From a bacterium (GTDB lineage: Bacteria > UBA8248): DNA of 64,000 nucleotides. A program made the translations under genes and the position numbers. Each line of letters begins with the position of its first letter. Within the stretch, counting starts at the first letter, position 1. The stretch lies in assembly GCA_965207065.1 (NCBI GenBank), contig OZ242260.1, forward strand, positions 1,952,001 through 2,016,000. The letters run 5' to 3'. Below, one piece after another: positions 8,720 through 18,832 of the stretch. The notes under the pieces are model-generated. The model ran no database searches, had not been told where the DNA came from, and saw only the letters and a program-made list of their open reading frames with translations.

Positions 8720-9511
8720 ATGGCTAACCGCAAGATCGAACAAAACAGAAAGCCGACTTCGCAACCGGAAGTGGTGGAGTTTATGAAACCCCGTTTCGCC
8801 GACTATGAACATAAATTACGATCCTTGCCGGCCGACCCCACTGAACGCAATGTCACTGGAGACGACTTCCTGCTGGCTCGTGAGGGCCCTTTGGAAGTGT
8901 TCTATGCCCCGTTGCACGGCGTCACTCCAGACGCGCAAATCGTCATCGTCGGCCTGACGCCCGGAAGGTCACAGATGCTTGCCGCTTTTCGGGAGGTCCG
9001 AAGACTGCTTCAAGATGGCTTGCGCCCTCCGCAACTGTTCTGCGAGGTCAGGCGCAGGATTGCCTTCGGAGGATCCATGCGCACCAATCTGATCCAGATG
9101 CTCGACCGGATAGGCGTTGCCGATCATCTGGGATTGGAAACCTGCGCCGATCTGTTCGGCAGCGCGTCGCGCTTGCTTCATTCTACGTCCGCGTTGCGTT
9201 ATCCCGTCTTTTTCAAGGGAAACAACTATCGGGGCGCACCGAAGATCGGGAACTCAAAGTTGCTGTCGAATATCGTCAGGAGCAATCTCCCGAGTACTCT
9301 GAAACGATGCCCGAACGCCCTGATAGTTCCCTTGGGCAGAGCCGTAGAAGAGGGGTTGCAAGTCGCCGGCGTCGTCGAGTCGTCGAAAATCCTCAAGGGG
9401 TTCCCGCACCCTTCGGGCGCCAACGGACATCGAATCAAACAGTTCAAATCCGAGTATGGAAGACTCCGGAGCGCCGTGAGCAAATGGACGCCATTGTCCA
9501 CGAGCTGTTGA
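8720..9511 (+). CDS. Uracil-DNA-glycosylase-fold family protein
   Basis: IVIVGLTPG (motif A-like), LIVPLG and FPHPSGANGH (motif B-like). GGAGG RBS upstream. Confidence 0.65.
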   Translation: MANRKIEQNRKPTSQPEVVEFMKPRFADYEHKLRSLPADPTERNVTGDDFLLAREGPLEVFYAPLHGVTPDAQIVIVGLTPGRSQMLAAFREVRRLLQDGLRPPQLFCEVRRRIAFGGSMRTNLIQMLDRIGVADHLGLETCADLFGSASRLLHSTSALRYPVFFKGNNYRGAPKIGNSKLLSNIVRSNLPSTLKRCPNALIVPLGRAVEEGLQVAGVVESSKILKGFPHPSGANGHRIKQFKSEYGRLRSAVSKWTPLSTSC

Positions 9512-9522
9512 GGACGCGTGTC

Positions 9523-9960
9523 CTACAGCTCTTCCGACTCGAAATAGTCTTCGTCTATCCGCTTTAACTCGTAAATGATTCGCGTACGCACGCCGATCCC
9601 ATACCGGACCATGAGGCGCGCCAACTCCTCACCGTCGACCAGAGCAATCCGCTTAAGGCTCAGAGCCACGTAATTTTTCGCGGCTTGCGTGAATCCGTAG
9701 GTGGTGACGAACACCCCCTTGGTCGTGCCCGCCGCGTCGATTGCGCCGGCGAAGTTGCGTAAATCGCCTTTTCCCACGGTGTTGCTGTCAGCATATTTCT
9801 TCGCCTTCAAGTAGACTTCATCCAGCCCGAGCGTGTCCTCCCGGATCTTGCCGTCGATTCCACTATCGCCTGAACGTCCAGTCACACGGCCCATCGCAAT
9901 CAGCAAGTCAACGACTACACGTTCAAGAAACGCCGGTGCGGCTGTGGTTCTGGGCATCTG
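9523..9960 (-). pseudogene. mrr: Mrr restriction endonuclease, catalytic-domain fragment (N-terminus missing)
   Basis: ERVVVDLLIAMG..GRSGDSGIDGKIREDTLGLDEVYLKAKKY...KGVFVTT...LVDGEELARLM...KRIDEDYFE. No Mrr_N domain, and the segment after LLIAMG is shortened. Confidence 0.8.
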
Positions 9961-10001
9961 CGGATCAGGATCGACAAAGTCCTTGAGCGAACCTGTCAGA
10001 T

Positions 10002-10077
10002 GAAGAACCGAGTGCGTCAATCGCGCACGCTCGGGTCTGTGGGGGGCGGGGCGCAGAAATGCTCCCGCCTACCCGGC
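10002..10077 (+). mobile_element. Group II intron 3' remnant (domains V and VI only)
   Basis: GAACCGAGTGCG-TCAAT-CGCGCACGCTCGGGTC folds as domain V with an AC bulge. It is followed by TGT and a domain VI-like hairpin GGGGGGCGGGG..GAAA..TCCCGCCT-A-CCC with a bulged A at 10071. Confidence 0.7.
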
Positions 10078-10490
10078 CCAATGGTTGTAACGGTTCGGCG
10101 GAGGGGTGATAACTTAGTCGATGCCGGAGACATTTGTAGGAATTTCGCGGTGTAGCCAGCTTCAGCTGGTGCTTTCCTGTTCCTCATCACCCCGCGACCG
10201 AACGAATACTACACCGGCGTTCGACAGTATCCCGCCAGGGTGCGCTGGGGTTATAATGAATCCGCTTTCGTTTTGATTACATTTATTATAATGAATTTGT
10301 AACTAGCTTATAAACAATAACTTAATTTTTATATTCTGGATATATCGATAAAATACGATAAATTCGCGGTGTTTTTCGGTAAATAAACGAAAAGAGAAAA
10401 GAGAGAGGGTGAATCTACATAACTCTAATTTTTACAATAAGTTGATAGAAATGATGTTCGCCGGGCACGGCTTTTTCCACGATATGGATC

Positions 10491-11495
10491 TCAGGCGGTT
10501 TTCTTGGGGTCGTTCACCGGATATTTGGGCTTCTTGCCGCTCAGGACGCGGGCGATGTCCTCCCCCGCCCACGTGGCGATGGCTTCGAGACATTCCTGCG
10601 TGGAACCCGCCATGTGCGGCGTGAGAATAAGGTTGGGCGCATCGAAGATGGCGCTTTCGGGATCCGGCGGTTCGCCTTCCAGCACGTCGAGGGCCGCACC
10701 TGCGATTTTGCCGTTTTTGAGCGCGCCCGCCAGAGCCGCCTCATCCACCAGCGGACCTCTCGCGGCATTTACGAGAAAAGCGGATTTTTTCATTCTCGAG
10801 ATCGCTCGCCTGTCGATCAGGTGATGGGTCTTGGGCGTGTGCGGCGCGTGAAGCGAGATGAAATCGGCCCGGCCCAGGAGAGTCTCGAATCGGGCGGGCC
10901 TGGCGCCGCGCGCTCTGATATTCTCGCTCTTGAGGCCCGGGTCATGGGCGAGAACCTTCATGCCCATCGCGAGCGCCATTTTCGTGAGCCGGCTCCCCAC
11001 CTGGCCTACCCCGATGAGCCCCAGCGTCTTGTCCTTGAGCTCCATTCCCGTGTGGCGCGCCTCGCCCCATACCCGCTCCGCTCCCACCCGGGAGGCCGCC
11101 TGGGGAATACGCCTGGCCAGGGAGAGGATCAGCCCCAGCGTCAGTTCGGCTACAGCGTTCGCGTTGGCTCCCGGTGTATTTGTAACGAGTACGCCGTGTT
11201 CCGTGCAGGCAGCCACGTCGACCTGGTCCACTCCTGCTCCATGCACGGCCACCACGCGCAGGTCCGGCAGCAGCGCGAGCAAAGAGGCGGTTATGTAGCC
11301 CGGACGCAGCAGAATCGCTTCCGCACCTCTCAGCTCCTTGGCGAAAGCGGCTTCTTCCGCATTGTCCAGGGGTCTGAAGGGCAGCGCCACGGCGCGGACG
11401 GGTGCGACGCCGGTCATGGCCTGTTTCACGGGCGCCATGGCGACCGGAAAATCGGATGTGGAGGTAATGGCGGCCCACCGTTTTTTTGATGGCAT
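10491..11495 (-). CDS. D-isomer-specific 2-hydroxyacid dehydrogenase (SerA-like)
   Basis: GAGVDQVD, GLIGVGQVG (NAD binding), NAARGPLVDE, LDVLEGEP, TPHMAG. True start uncertain. Confidence 0.9.
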   Translation of the reverse strand: MPSKKRWAAITSTSDFPVAMAPVKQAMTGVAPVRAVALPFRPLDNAEEAAFAKELRGAEAILLRPGYITASLLALLPDLRVVAVHGAGVDQVDVAACTEHGVLVTNTPGANANAVAELTLGLILSLARRIPQAASRVGAERVWGEARHTGMELKDKTLGLIGVGQVGSRLTKMALAMGMKVLAHDPGLKSENIRARGARPARFETLLGRADFISLHAPHTPKTHHLIDRRAISRMKKSAFLVNAARGPLVDEAALAGALKNGKIAGAALDVLEGEPPDPESAIFDAPNLILTPHMAGSTQECLEAIATWAGEDIARVLSGKKPKYPVNDPKKTA

Positions 11496-11503
11496 GGGAA
11501 GAA

Positions 11504-13165
11504 CTACATGTCGACAGCGGTGAAATCACCGTCGTAGTTGTATTCGGCTCTGGCTTTTTGAACGGAAAGCAGGCCCTCTTGCAGGTCGCGTTCGATGGAA
11601 TAGAAGGAGCGGTCCTTCGGGTCGCCATAACCGCCCCCGCTCGGCACTTCGAGCACAAGCCTGTCACTCTGGTTCATCACCCATTGACGTTTGGGGTTGA
11701 TGGGGCGCCCGTTCAGGGTCACCTTGCCGACGCGCCCGTTCTTCCCGCCGAACAACCCATAGGCGGGGTGCCGGGTTCGCTCGCTCATGAAGGTGAGGAG
11801 AATCGGCCCGTCGGAGAGTGATTTCACGATGACCTGCTGGCCGTTTCCACCGGCGTATTTTCCTGCGCCGCCGCTGTCTCTGATAGAAGCTTTTCTCTCC
11901 ACCAGCAAGGGCACGAGATGTTCGAGGATTTCGATGGGCGTGTTCGAGGTGTTCGAGGGGAAATCGAGACATACGCGTCCATCGTGCCTGTCCGTCGCGC
12001 CCTGTCCGCCATGGAGGAAGAAGTTGCCGGCGAAGTGCCTGTTTTCCTTTGTGATGCCCGCCGCGTTGATGGCCCACGTGGGGCTGCCGCTGGCCGCCTG
12101 GACGAGATTGGGCACTGCTTTGCAGAGCGCACCGAAAACGGCCGAAGGAATGAAGTGTCCCACCATGGAGCGGCCGTTCACGGGGGCCGGATAACGCGGA
12201 TTCAGGATGCTGCCCTCGGGCGCCGATACCGTCACGGGCCGGAAGTTGCCCTCGTTGTTGGGGATTTGAGGACAGAACAGGCATTTGAGCGAATAGGCGG
12301 AATAGGAATAGACATAACTCAAGACGGCGTTCAGGCCGCGGTCGACCTGCGGGGATGAGCCCGTATAGTCCACCAGAATGCTGCTGCCGCGAACCTTGAC
12401 CTCAACGCGGATGACGAGCGGCTCATCGTACCCGTCTGTGGATACCTGAAATCGGTATTCCCCATCTTCCACTTTCTTGATGGCCTCGCGCATCGCGTTT
12501 TCGGAGCGCTGGAAGATCGTGGTGGCCGGCGCATCGAGGTCGGCGAGTTTGTATTCTTCGAGCATCTCGCCGATGCGCTGGGCGGCGAGCCTGCCGGCGG
12601 ACATATGGGAGATCATATCTCCCTCCACCTGGTTCGGCACACGCACGTTTGTTCTGATGATTCTCAGGATATCCTCGTTGATTTTGCCCGCCGACATGTA
12701 CTTGCAGGGTGGAAGCTGGAGGCCTTCTTCGTAGATCTCGCGCACCTCGGGGGATCGCAGTTTTCCCCCCATGTCCGTTACCTGGGTGGTGATGCCGATA
12801 AGAGCGACCAGCTTCGATTTGTGGAACACCGGTGTGAGGGAAGTGAGATCCTGAAGATGGCCCGTTCCCATCCACGGGTCGTTCGTGAGTATGAGATCGC
12901 CGGGTTCAAGCGTTTCCTGCGGGTAAATCTTGAGAAGTTTTTTGGCCGTAATCGGCAACGCGCCCACGAAGCTGGGCATGGTGGACCTGGCCTGGGCGAT
13001 GGATTGACCGTTGGGATTCAGAATGATGACGGCGAAATTTCTCGCCTCGCGTATCGTGGTCGAAAAAGCGGTGCGGACGATCTCGGTGGCCGTTTCCTCG
13101 GCGATGGCGATGAAGCGGTTCCAGAGGACTTCCAAGGTAATTGAATCGATACCCTTGCGGGCCAT
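11504..13165 (-). CDS. Hydantoinase B/oxoprolinase family protein
   Basis: IVRTAFSTTIRE, NDPWMGTGHLQD, EIYEEGLQLPP, NTPIEILE, DSGGAGKYAGG, PSGGGYGDP. Confidence 0.92.
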   Translation of the reverse strand: MARKGIDSITLEVLWNRFIAIAEETATEIVRTAFSTTIREARNFAVIILNPNGQSIAQARSTMPSFVGALPITAKKLLKIYPQETLEPGDLILTNDPWMGTGHLQDLTSLTPVFHKSKLVALIGITTQVTDMGGKLRSPEVREIYEEGLQLPPCKYMSAGKINEDILRIIRTNVRVPNQVEGDMISHMSAGRLAAQRIGEMLEEYKLADLDAPATTIFQRSENAMREAIKKVEDGEYRFQVSTDGYDEPLVIRVEVKVRGSSILVDYTGSSPQVDRGLNAVLSYVYSYSAYSLKCLFCPQIPNNEGNFRPVTVSAPEGSILNPRYPAPVNGRSMVGHFIPSAVFGALCKAVPNLVQAASGSPTWAINAAGITKENRHFAGNFFLHGGQGATDRHDGRVCLDFPSNTSNTPIEILEHLVPLLVERKASIRDSGGAGKYAGGNGQQVIVKSLSDGPILLTFMSERTRHPAYGLFGGKNGRVGKVTLNGRPINPKRQWVMNQSDRLVLEVPSGGGYGDPKDRSFYSIERDLQEGLLSVQKARAEYNYDGDFTAVDM

Positions 13166-13178
13166 GTCTGCATCTCTC

Positions 13179-15278
13179 CTAGAGTTCGATGATCAGATTC
13201 TGGAATTTATCGACCTGGAAGTTCGAGCGAGGCCCGATGACAGTCGTCGTCATTTTCTCTTCCACCAACGCCGGCCCCTTGAACTTCTGTCCCGGCTTCA
13301 AAAGATAGCGATCGAAGATATTCACTTTTCGGAAACCCTTGTTCTCCGGCATGTAGATGCGACGGTTGCCCTTCAAGGCGGTTTTTACGTCTTTTTCGGG
13401 TAGGTTCGAGAAATCAAATCTCACGTTGGGTTCCGGCCCGATTCCGAAGATTCGCCAACTGAACACCTGAAGCGGCACTTCGTCTATGGCGCGTCCGTGG
13501 GCAGAGGCGTAATGCTCGCGATAGGTTTCGCTGATTTCTCCGAAATGGTTCGGCGTCAGTTTTCCGCTCGGGATGGGGATGGTGAGCGGGAAGCCCTGGC
13601 CCTCGAAGCTGATGTCCGCCATGCGCTGAATCCGGATTTCACGTTCCCTCACCCCGGCGGCGGTGAGGACTTCGCGAAGCCGTTTTTCGCGCCGGTTGAG
13701 CGTGTCGTTGAGCTTGGTGAGGTTCACGTCTTCGAGCGGCATCACCTGGCTGTCCACGGTGTCCACCTTGAATGGAACGGTATGGAGCCCCAGGCTGGAA
13801 GCCAAACCAGCGCCCGGTGGGCAGACGATACGCTTGAGCCCCACCTTGCGCGCAAGCCGGAACGCATGAACGGGACCTGCGCCGCCGGTGGCCATGAGGG
13901 TAAAGTTGCGGGGGTCTTTTCCGCGTTCGGAGAGCTTGATGCGCGCGGCGGCGGCCATGGTTTCATTTACCAGTTCATGGATTCCCCAGGCCGCCTGGAT
14001 CTCTTCGATCTTCATCGGCTCGGCGATTTTGGAGCGTATGGCTTCGGATGCCGCCTCGGAGAAAACGGGCATTTCGCCACCCAGGAAATAATCGGGATTG
14101 ATGTAGCCGAGAAGCAGGTTGGCGTCGGTCACCGTGGGCTCTTCTCCACCCAGTCCGTAGCAGGCGGGCCCGGGGGACGCCCCCTGGCTCTCGGGGCCGA
14201 CCTTGAGCAGGCCCAGGTCGTCGATTCGCGCGATGCTGCCTCCACCCGCGCCGACTTCGATCAGATCGATGCACGGCACCTGGATGGGCATTCCACTGCC
14301 CCTGGTAAAGCGTTTGACGCGCGCGATCTCGAATTGAACGGACAGATGGGGTTCGCCGTTTTCGATGATGCAGGATTTGGCGGTGGTCCCGCCCATGTCG
14401 AAAGCGATGAGGTTTTCGAATCCGCCGAGTTTCCCGAAATAGGCCGAAGAAAGCGCTCCTGCAGCGGGTCCTGACTCGAACATGCGTATGGGACTGCGTC
14501 CGGCGGATTGCGCCGTGGCGATGCCGCCGTTCGACAGCATGATATAGAGCGAGACGTTTTCGAGGTTGACCTCCAGGTCTTCGAGATATTTCGAAACAAT
14601 CGGTTGGATGTAGGCGTTGGCCACAGTGGTGGAAGTCCTCTCGTATTCTCTGATTTCCGGGCAAACCTGAGAGGAGAGGCTGAAGCTTACATCAGGGAAC
14701 GATTGCGCTATCGCTTCGCCGACTTCGGTCTCATGGGCTGGATTGGCGTATGAGTGCAAGAGGCAAACCGCTATGGATTCCGCACCTTTTTCCACGAGTT
14801 CCTGAATCGTTACCCTCACCTCCTGGGTGCTCAGAGGCTGGAGTATCTCCCCGGCCGCGGAAATCCGCTCGGTCAATTCGCGGCGAAAAGTTCCGGATAC
14901 CAGAGGTTCAGGAAATTCAGGCACGATGTCGTAGATGTCATATCTGGATTCACGGCCCATCAAGAGGATGTCGGCGAATCCCTTCGTGGCGAGAAGACCC
15001 GTGGCCGCGCCTTTCTTCTCGATGATCGCGTTGGTGGCGAGGGTGGTTGCATGAATCGCCTGGCCGAGATCGCGGAACCGCAGGCTTTCTTCATCGAGCA
15101 ACGTGCGCAAACCCGCGAGCGCGCCTATGGATGGGTCGTTCGGCGTTGTGAGATACTTGCCCACCGCGGTTTTTCCGTTCGATGGATTGTAAATCGCAAT
15201 GTCGGTGAACGTGCCGCCGATATCAATCGCAGCAACGATTCGTCTTCTGGATGTGTAAGATGAAGCGGATTTGGCCAT
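13179..15278 (-). CDS. Hydantoinase A/oxoprolinase family protein
   Basis: IDIGGTFTD, HATTLATNAIIE, EYERTSTT, ESGPAAG, DMGGTT, GAGGGSIA, PGPACYG. Confidence 0.93.
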   Translation of the reverse strand: MAKSASSYTSRRRIVAAIDIGGTFTDIAIYNPSNGKTAVGKYLTTPNDPSIGALAGLRTLLDEESLRFRDLGQAIHATTLATNAIIEKKGAATGLLATKGFADILLMGRESRYDIYDIVPEFPEPLVSGTFRRELTERISAAGEILQPLSTQEVRVTIQELVEKGAESIAVCLLHSYANPAHETEVGEAIAQSFPDVSFSLSSQVCPEIREYERTSTTVANAYIQPIVSKYLEDLEVNLENVSLYIMLSNGGIATAQSAGRSPIRMFESGPAAGALSSAYFGKLGGFENLIAFDMGGTTAKSCIIENGEPHLSVQFEIARVKRFTRGSGMPIQVPCIDLIEVGAGGGSIARIDDLGLLKVGPESQGASPGPACYGLGGEEPTVTDANLLLGYINPDYFLGGEMPVFSEAASEAIRSKIAEPMKIEEIQAAWGIHELVNETMAAAARIKLSERGKDPRNFTLMATGGAGPVHAFRLARKVGLKRIVCPPGAGLASSLGLHTVPFKVDTVDSQVMPLEDVNLTKLNDTLNRREKRLREVLTAAGVREREIRIQRMADISFEGQGFPLTIPIPSGKLTPNHFGEISETYREHYASAHGRAIDEVPLQVFSWRIFGIGPEPNVRFDFSNLPEKDVKTALKGNRRIYMPENKGFRKVNIFDRYLLKPGQKFKGPALVEEKMTTTVIGPRSNFQVDKFQNLIIEL

Positions 15279-15713
15279 TTCTAAGTTGTGGGAAAGCCTC
15301 TTGTGTGAGGATCAATAGATTTCGGCATTGTAAAATTAAGGTTAATTCTGTACACCTCAAATTCTATAAGCCAGACATAAGTATATGAAATCAGGCGCTT
15401 TGTCAATTCCTGGGAGGAGCAATGCTGCTAAAGATGTTGAAATTCAAAAGGTTACATAGATTTGCCGGACAACGGGTAAAAATGAAAATTATGAAACATT
15501 TTGATGGAATCATATTAACCTATTGATATCTTTATGGTTATTGAATGATAAACTCTCGTTTCGTCTCGTTTGGCCTAATTTTGAGAGGTGAAATACGTTG
15601 CATCACTGGGCAAACAATCATTATTTGCTTATAAAAGCCTGTCTTTCATACGATCAGATACGTGTCATAGGATCAGATACGTGAATTTGGTAAGGAGAGT
15701 GAGGTCTGAAGTG

Positions 15714-16727
15714 ATGGCGGGAAATGAAAGTGGATCACCCGTCCGATACGCCCTGGTGGATTGTGACCCTGGCGTGGATGACACGCTGGCCCTGGCGATG
15801 GGTTTCGCATCACCTTTTTTCCGATACGATGCCGTGACGACCGTACACGGCAATGTTTCCGCGCGTCTGGCTTACCGAAATGCGAGAAGGCTCACCGCAT
15901 TCTTACGTGATCATCTCGAATCCCCCATTTTGGATGTTCCCGTTTATCCGGGGGCCTCACTGGCCCTGGACGGAAGCCGCATGAACCGGAGCGAATCCCG
16001 CGCGATTCACGGTCCCGAAGGCATGGGAGCGATGTTCGATAAGAAAAGGCGTTTGCCCCGCCCGGGCAGGGGAAGTTCCAAACCGGCCTGGGAGGTAATG
16101 GTCGAGGAGGCCGCCAGACGGGGTTCGGCGTTGACCATTATCACGCTGGGCCCGCTCACGAATCTGGCTCTCGCGCTTCGGCGCGCGCCCGGGGTCTTCA
16201 CCCGCGTGAAGCGGATTGTGGTCATGGGAGGAGCCGCCCGGATGCCCGGGAACGTAACGCCTGCGGCCGAGTTCAACATCTATTGCGACCCCCTGGCGGC
16301 GAAGGAGGTGTTTTCATCAGGCCTGCCCGTCACCATGGTGGGTCTGGACGTGACGAGGCGGGCGCTCCTGCGCGTCGATGAATTCGAGGGCGGGGGACCG
16401 TTTCGCGCGGCGATACGGGACCTCATCAAAGTCTATGCGCGGTTCGCTAAAAAACGGAGGGGGGCCGAGGACATCACCTTGCACGATCCACTGGCTCTCG
16501 CCGTCGCGATGAGGCCTGATTTGGTGGAGACCACGCCCTGCCGCGTGGACGTGGATGCGAGCCGGGGCATCGCGCGCGGAATGACGGTGGTGGAGCTCAG
16601 GGAAAACAGGGGCTCGCGGGTAAAGAATCCCGTCGACGTGGCGCTGGACCTGGACGTGAAGTGTTTTCTGGCGTTTTTCATCTCGCATCTGCGCAAATAT
16701 CGCGGATGGGACGAAGATGAAAAATAA
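15714..16727 (+). CDS. Nucleoside hydrolase (IU-NH family)
   Basis: DCDPGVDD, LGPLTNLA, AEFNIYCDP, LHDPLA. Start placed at ATG 15714. Confidence 0.92.
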   Translation: MAGNESGSPVRYALVDCDPGVDDTLALAMGFASPFFRYDAVTTVHGNVSARLAYRNARRLTAFLRDHLESPILDVPVYPGASLALDGSRMNRSESRAIHGPEGMGAMFDKKRRLPRPGRGSSKPAWEVMVEEAARRGSALTIITLGPLTNLALALRRAPGVFTRVKRIVVMGGAARMPGNVTPAAEFNIYCDPLAAKEVFSSGLPVTMVGLDVTRRALLRVDEFEGGGPFRAAIRDLIKVYARFAKKRRGAEDITLHDPLALAVAMRPDLVETTPCRVDVDASRGIARGMTVVELRENRGSRVKNPVDVALDLDVKCFLAFFISHLRKYRGWDEDEK

Positions 16728-17691
16728 AAAACCCGCCGTCTTGGTGTTGGGAAGTTCGAATATCGACATCGTCGTTCGCGTGGATAAGCTCCCTCGTGCG
16801 GGTGAAACCGTCCTGGGAGGGGAGCGTCGTGAGTATCGGGGCGGAAAAGGGGCGAATCAGGCCCTGGCGGCAGCCCGCGCCGGTGCGGGGGTCCGCTTCG
16901 TCACTATGCTGGGAAAAGATGCGGGCGGCGATGCCTATGCCCGTCACCTGGTGGAGAGCGGGATATCGCCCGACGGGATATTGCGCTGCAATGCAAGCTC
17001 GGGGACGGCGCTGATCGTGGTGGACGATAAAGGCGAGAACCAAATCGCCGTGGCTCCGGGCGCGAACGCGCTCCTCACGCCCGGGCGAATGAGAAGTAAG
17101 CGCGGGCTTCTGGATTTCGGCGACGTCGTTCTGGCGCAACTCGAAATTCCAGTTCCATCGGTCATGGCCGCGTTCCGAAAGGGAAGAAAGCGCGGCGCCT
17201 GCACCGTCCTGAACCCGGCTCCTGCGGCGGGGGAATTACCTGATGAGTTGCTCCGCCTGACCGACGTGCTGGCGCCGAACGAAACCGAAGCGGCGCATAT
17301 CGCCGGACTCGGGAAAACGCCCGAAACCGATGAGGAGTTCCTGCGCGCCGCTCGCGCCTTGCGATCGCTGGGGCCTTCGCAGGTCGTAATAACCGCTGGC
17401 GCAAAAGGGGCTTTTTGCATGAAAGAGAAACAAGCCTCCTGGATGAGGCCTCCTCCCGGAGTCGAGGCGGTGGATACCACGGGCGCGGGCGATGCGTTTT
17501 GCGGAGCGCTGGCGGTGAAACTGGCCGAGAGTGCGGCGTTTAGAGAAGCGGTGCGCTTCGCCGTAAGCGCAGGATCGAGTTCGGTGAGAAAACGCGGCGC
17601 GCAAGGGGGTCTGCCTTCGCGCAGGCAAATTGTGAAAAATCAACGCCAAGTGCGTCAAAACAGATTCGCGTTGGTTGACTTCAATCCCTAA
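16717..17691 (+). CDS. rbsK: Ribokinase
   Basis: GSSNID, GGKGANQA, NPAPA, PNETE, DTTGAGDAF. Overlaps the nucleoside hydrolase stop. Confidence 0.9.
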   Translation: MKNKKPAVLVLGSSNIDIVVRVDKLPRAGETVLGGERREYRGGKGANQALAAARAGAGVRFVTMLGKDAGGDAYARHLVESGISPDGILRCNASSGTALIVVDDKGENQIAVAPGANALLTPGRMRSKRGLLDFGDVVLAQLEIPVPSVMAAFRKGRKRGACTVLNPAPAAGELPDELLRLTDVLAPNETEAAHIAGLGKTPETDEEFLRAARALRSLGPSQVVITAGAKGAFCMKEKQASWMRPPPGVEAVDTTGAGDAFCGALAVKLAESAAFREAVRFAVSAGSSSVRKRGAQGGLPSRRQIVKNQRQVRQNRFALVDFNP

Positions 17692-17785
17692 CCCGCATAG
17701 GGTGGGAGCGTATAGGTCTTAAGTGTCCGTAATTTCCCATGTCGCCTCTTAAAGTCAAGAAGCGTCGCTGATAGGAGAAACACTC

Positions 17786-18832
17786 ATGCCAATGGACTGG
17801 GATGAGTTCAAATCGAGAAGACAAGGTGGTGGTAGTGGAGGTGGCGATGGAGGCGGCGGCATGCCGCAGATCAAGATGCCCCAGTTTCGTTTGCCGAATT
17901 TCAAGTTGCCCTCCGCTGCCATATTCGTGGTGGTGGCGCTGATATGGCTGGCCTCGGGTATTTTCAGCGTGGGGCCGGACGAGCAGGGCATCGTTCTTCG
18001 GTTCGGCCGCATCGACCGGGTGGTGTCCTCGGGATTGAACTATCATATGCCCTTCCCGATGGAGACCGCCTACACGCCGAAGGTGACGGAAGTGAAGCGC
18101 GTGGAAATTGGTTTCCGCACGATCGATCCCGGGCCTCCCGCCAGATATTCGGACAAGCCCCATGAATCGAGAATGCTGACCGGGGATGAAAACATGGTGG
18201 ACGTCGACATGATCGTCCAGTACCGCATCGTGGAGGCCGACAAGTATCTCTTCAAAGTGCGCAGACCCAGAGAGACGGTGGTGCACGCCGCCGAGGCCGC
18301 CATCCGGCAGGTGGTGGGCAGTAAGCCCATCGACGAGGCGCTCACCACCGGAAAGGGTGCGATCCAGCAAGAGACAATGGTGGAGATTCAGAAGATTCTG
18401 GATCTCTACGAAACCGGCTTGCGCGTGGCGGCGGTGCAGCTCCAGGACGTGACGCCTCCCAAGGAAGTCATCCACGCCTTCAAGGACGTGGCCAGCGCCC
18501 GTGAGGACAGGAACCGCCTCGTGAACGAGGCCCAGGGCTATCAAAACCAGGTGATACCGGAGACGCGCGGTAAGGTGGCCGCCGTTCTCAGAAAAGCGGA
18601 AGCCTACCGCGAGACCAAGATTCGCCATGCGCGAGGCGATGCGAACCGCTTCCTCGCCACGCTTAAGGAATACAAAAAAGCGCCGGCCATTACGCGCGAG
18701 CGCCTGTATCTCGAAATGATGCAGGAGGTGATGCCGACGGTGGACAAGGTGATCCTGGATCAGGGCAAATCCGGCGTGCTGCCGATACTCCCGCTGCGGG
18801 GTGGTGGAATAGAAGGGGTGACGAAACGATGA
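17786..18832 (+). CDS. hflK: FtsH protease modulator HflK
   Basis: Gly-rich N-terminus, one transmembrane helix, MLTGDENMVDV, AFKDVASAREDR, ITRERLYLE. Confidence 0.93.
   Translation: MPMDWDEFKSRRQGGGSGGGDGGGGMPQIKMPQFRLPNFKLPSAAIFVVVALIWLASGIFSVGPDEQGIVLRFGRIDRVVSSGLNYHMPFPMETAYTPKVTEVKRVEIGFRTIDPGPPARYSDKPHESRMLTGDENMVDVDMIVQYRIVEADKYLFKVRRPRETVVHAAEAAIRQVVGSKPIDEALTTGKGAIQQETMVEIQKILDLYETGLRVAAVQLQDVTPPKEVIHAFKDVASAREDRNRLVNEAQGYQNQVIPETRGKVAAVLRKAEAYRETKIRHARGDANRFLATLKEYKKAPAITRERLYLEMMQEVMPTVDKVILDQGKSGVLPILPLRGGGIEGVTKR

Noticed and set aside
9961-10020. ORF-track start of Mrr at 10020
   Set aside because: The first ~20 codons run into the antisense of the intron remnant and show no Mrr similarity.
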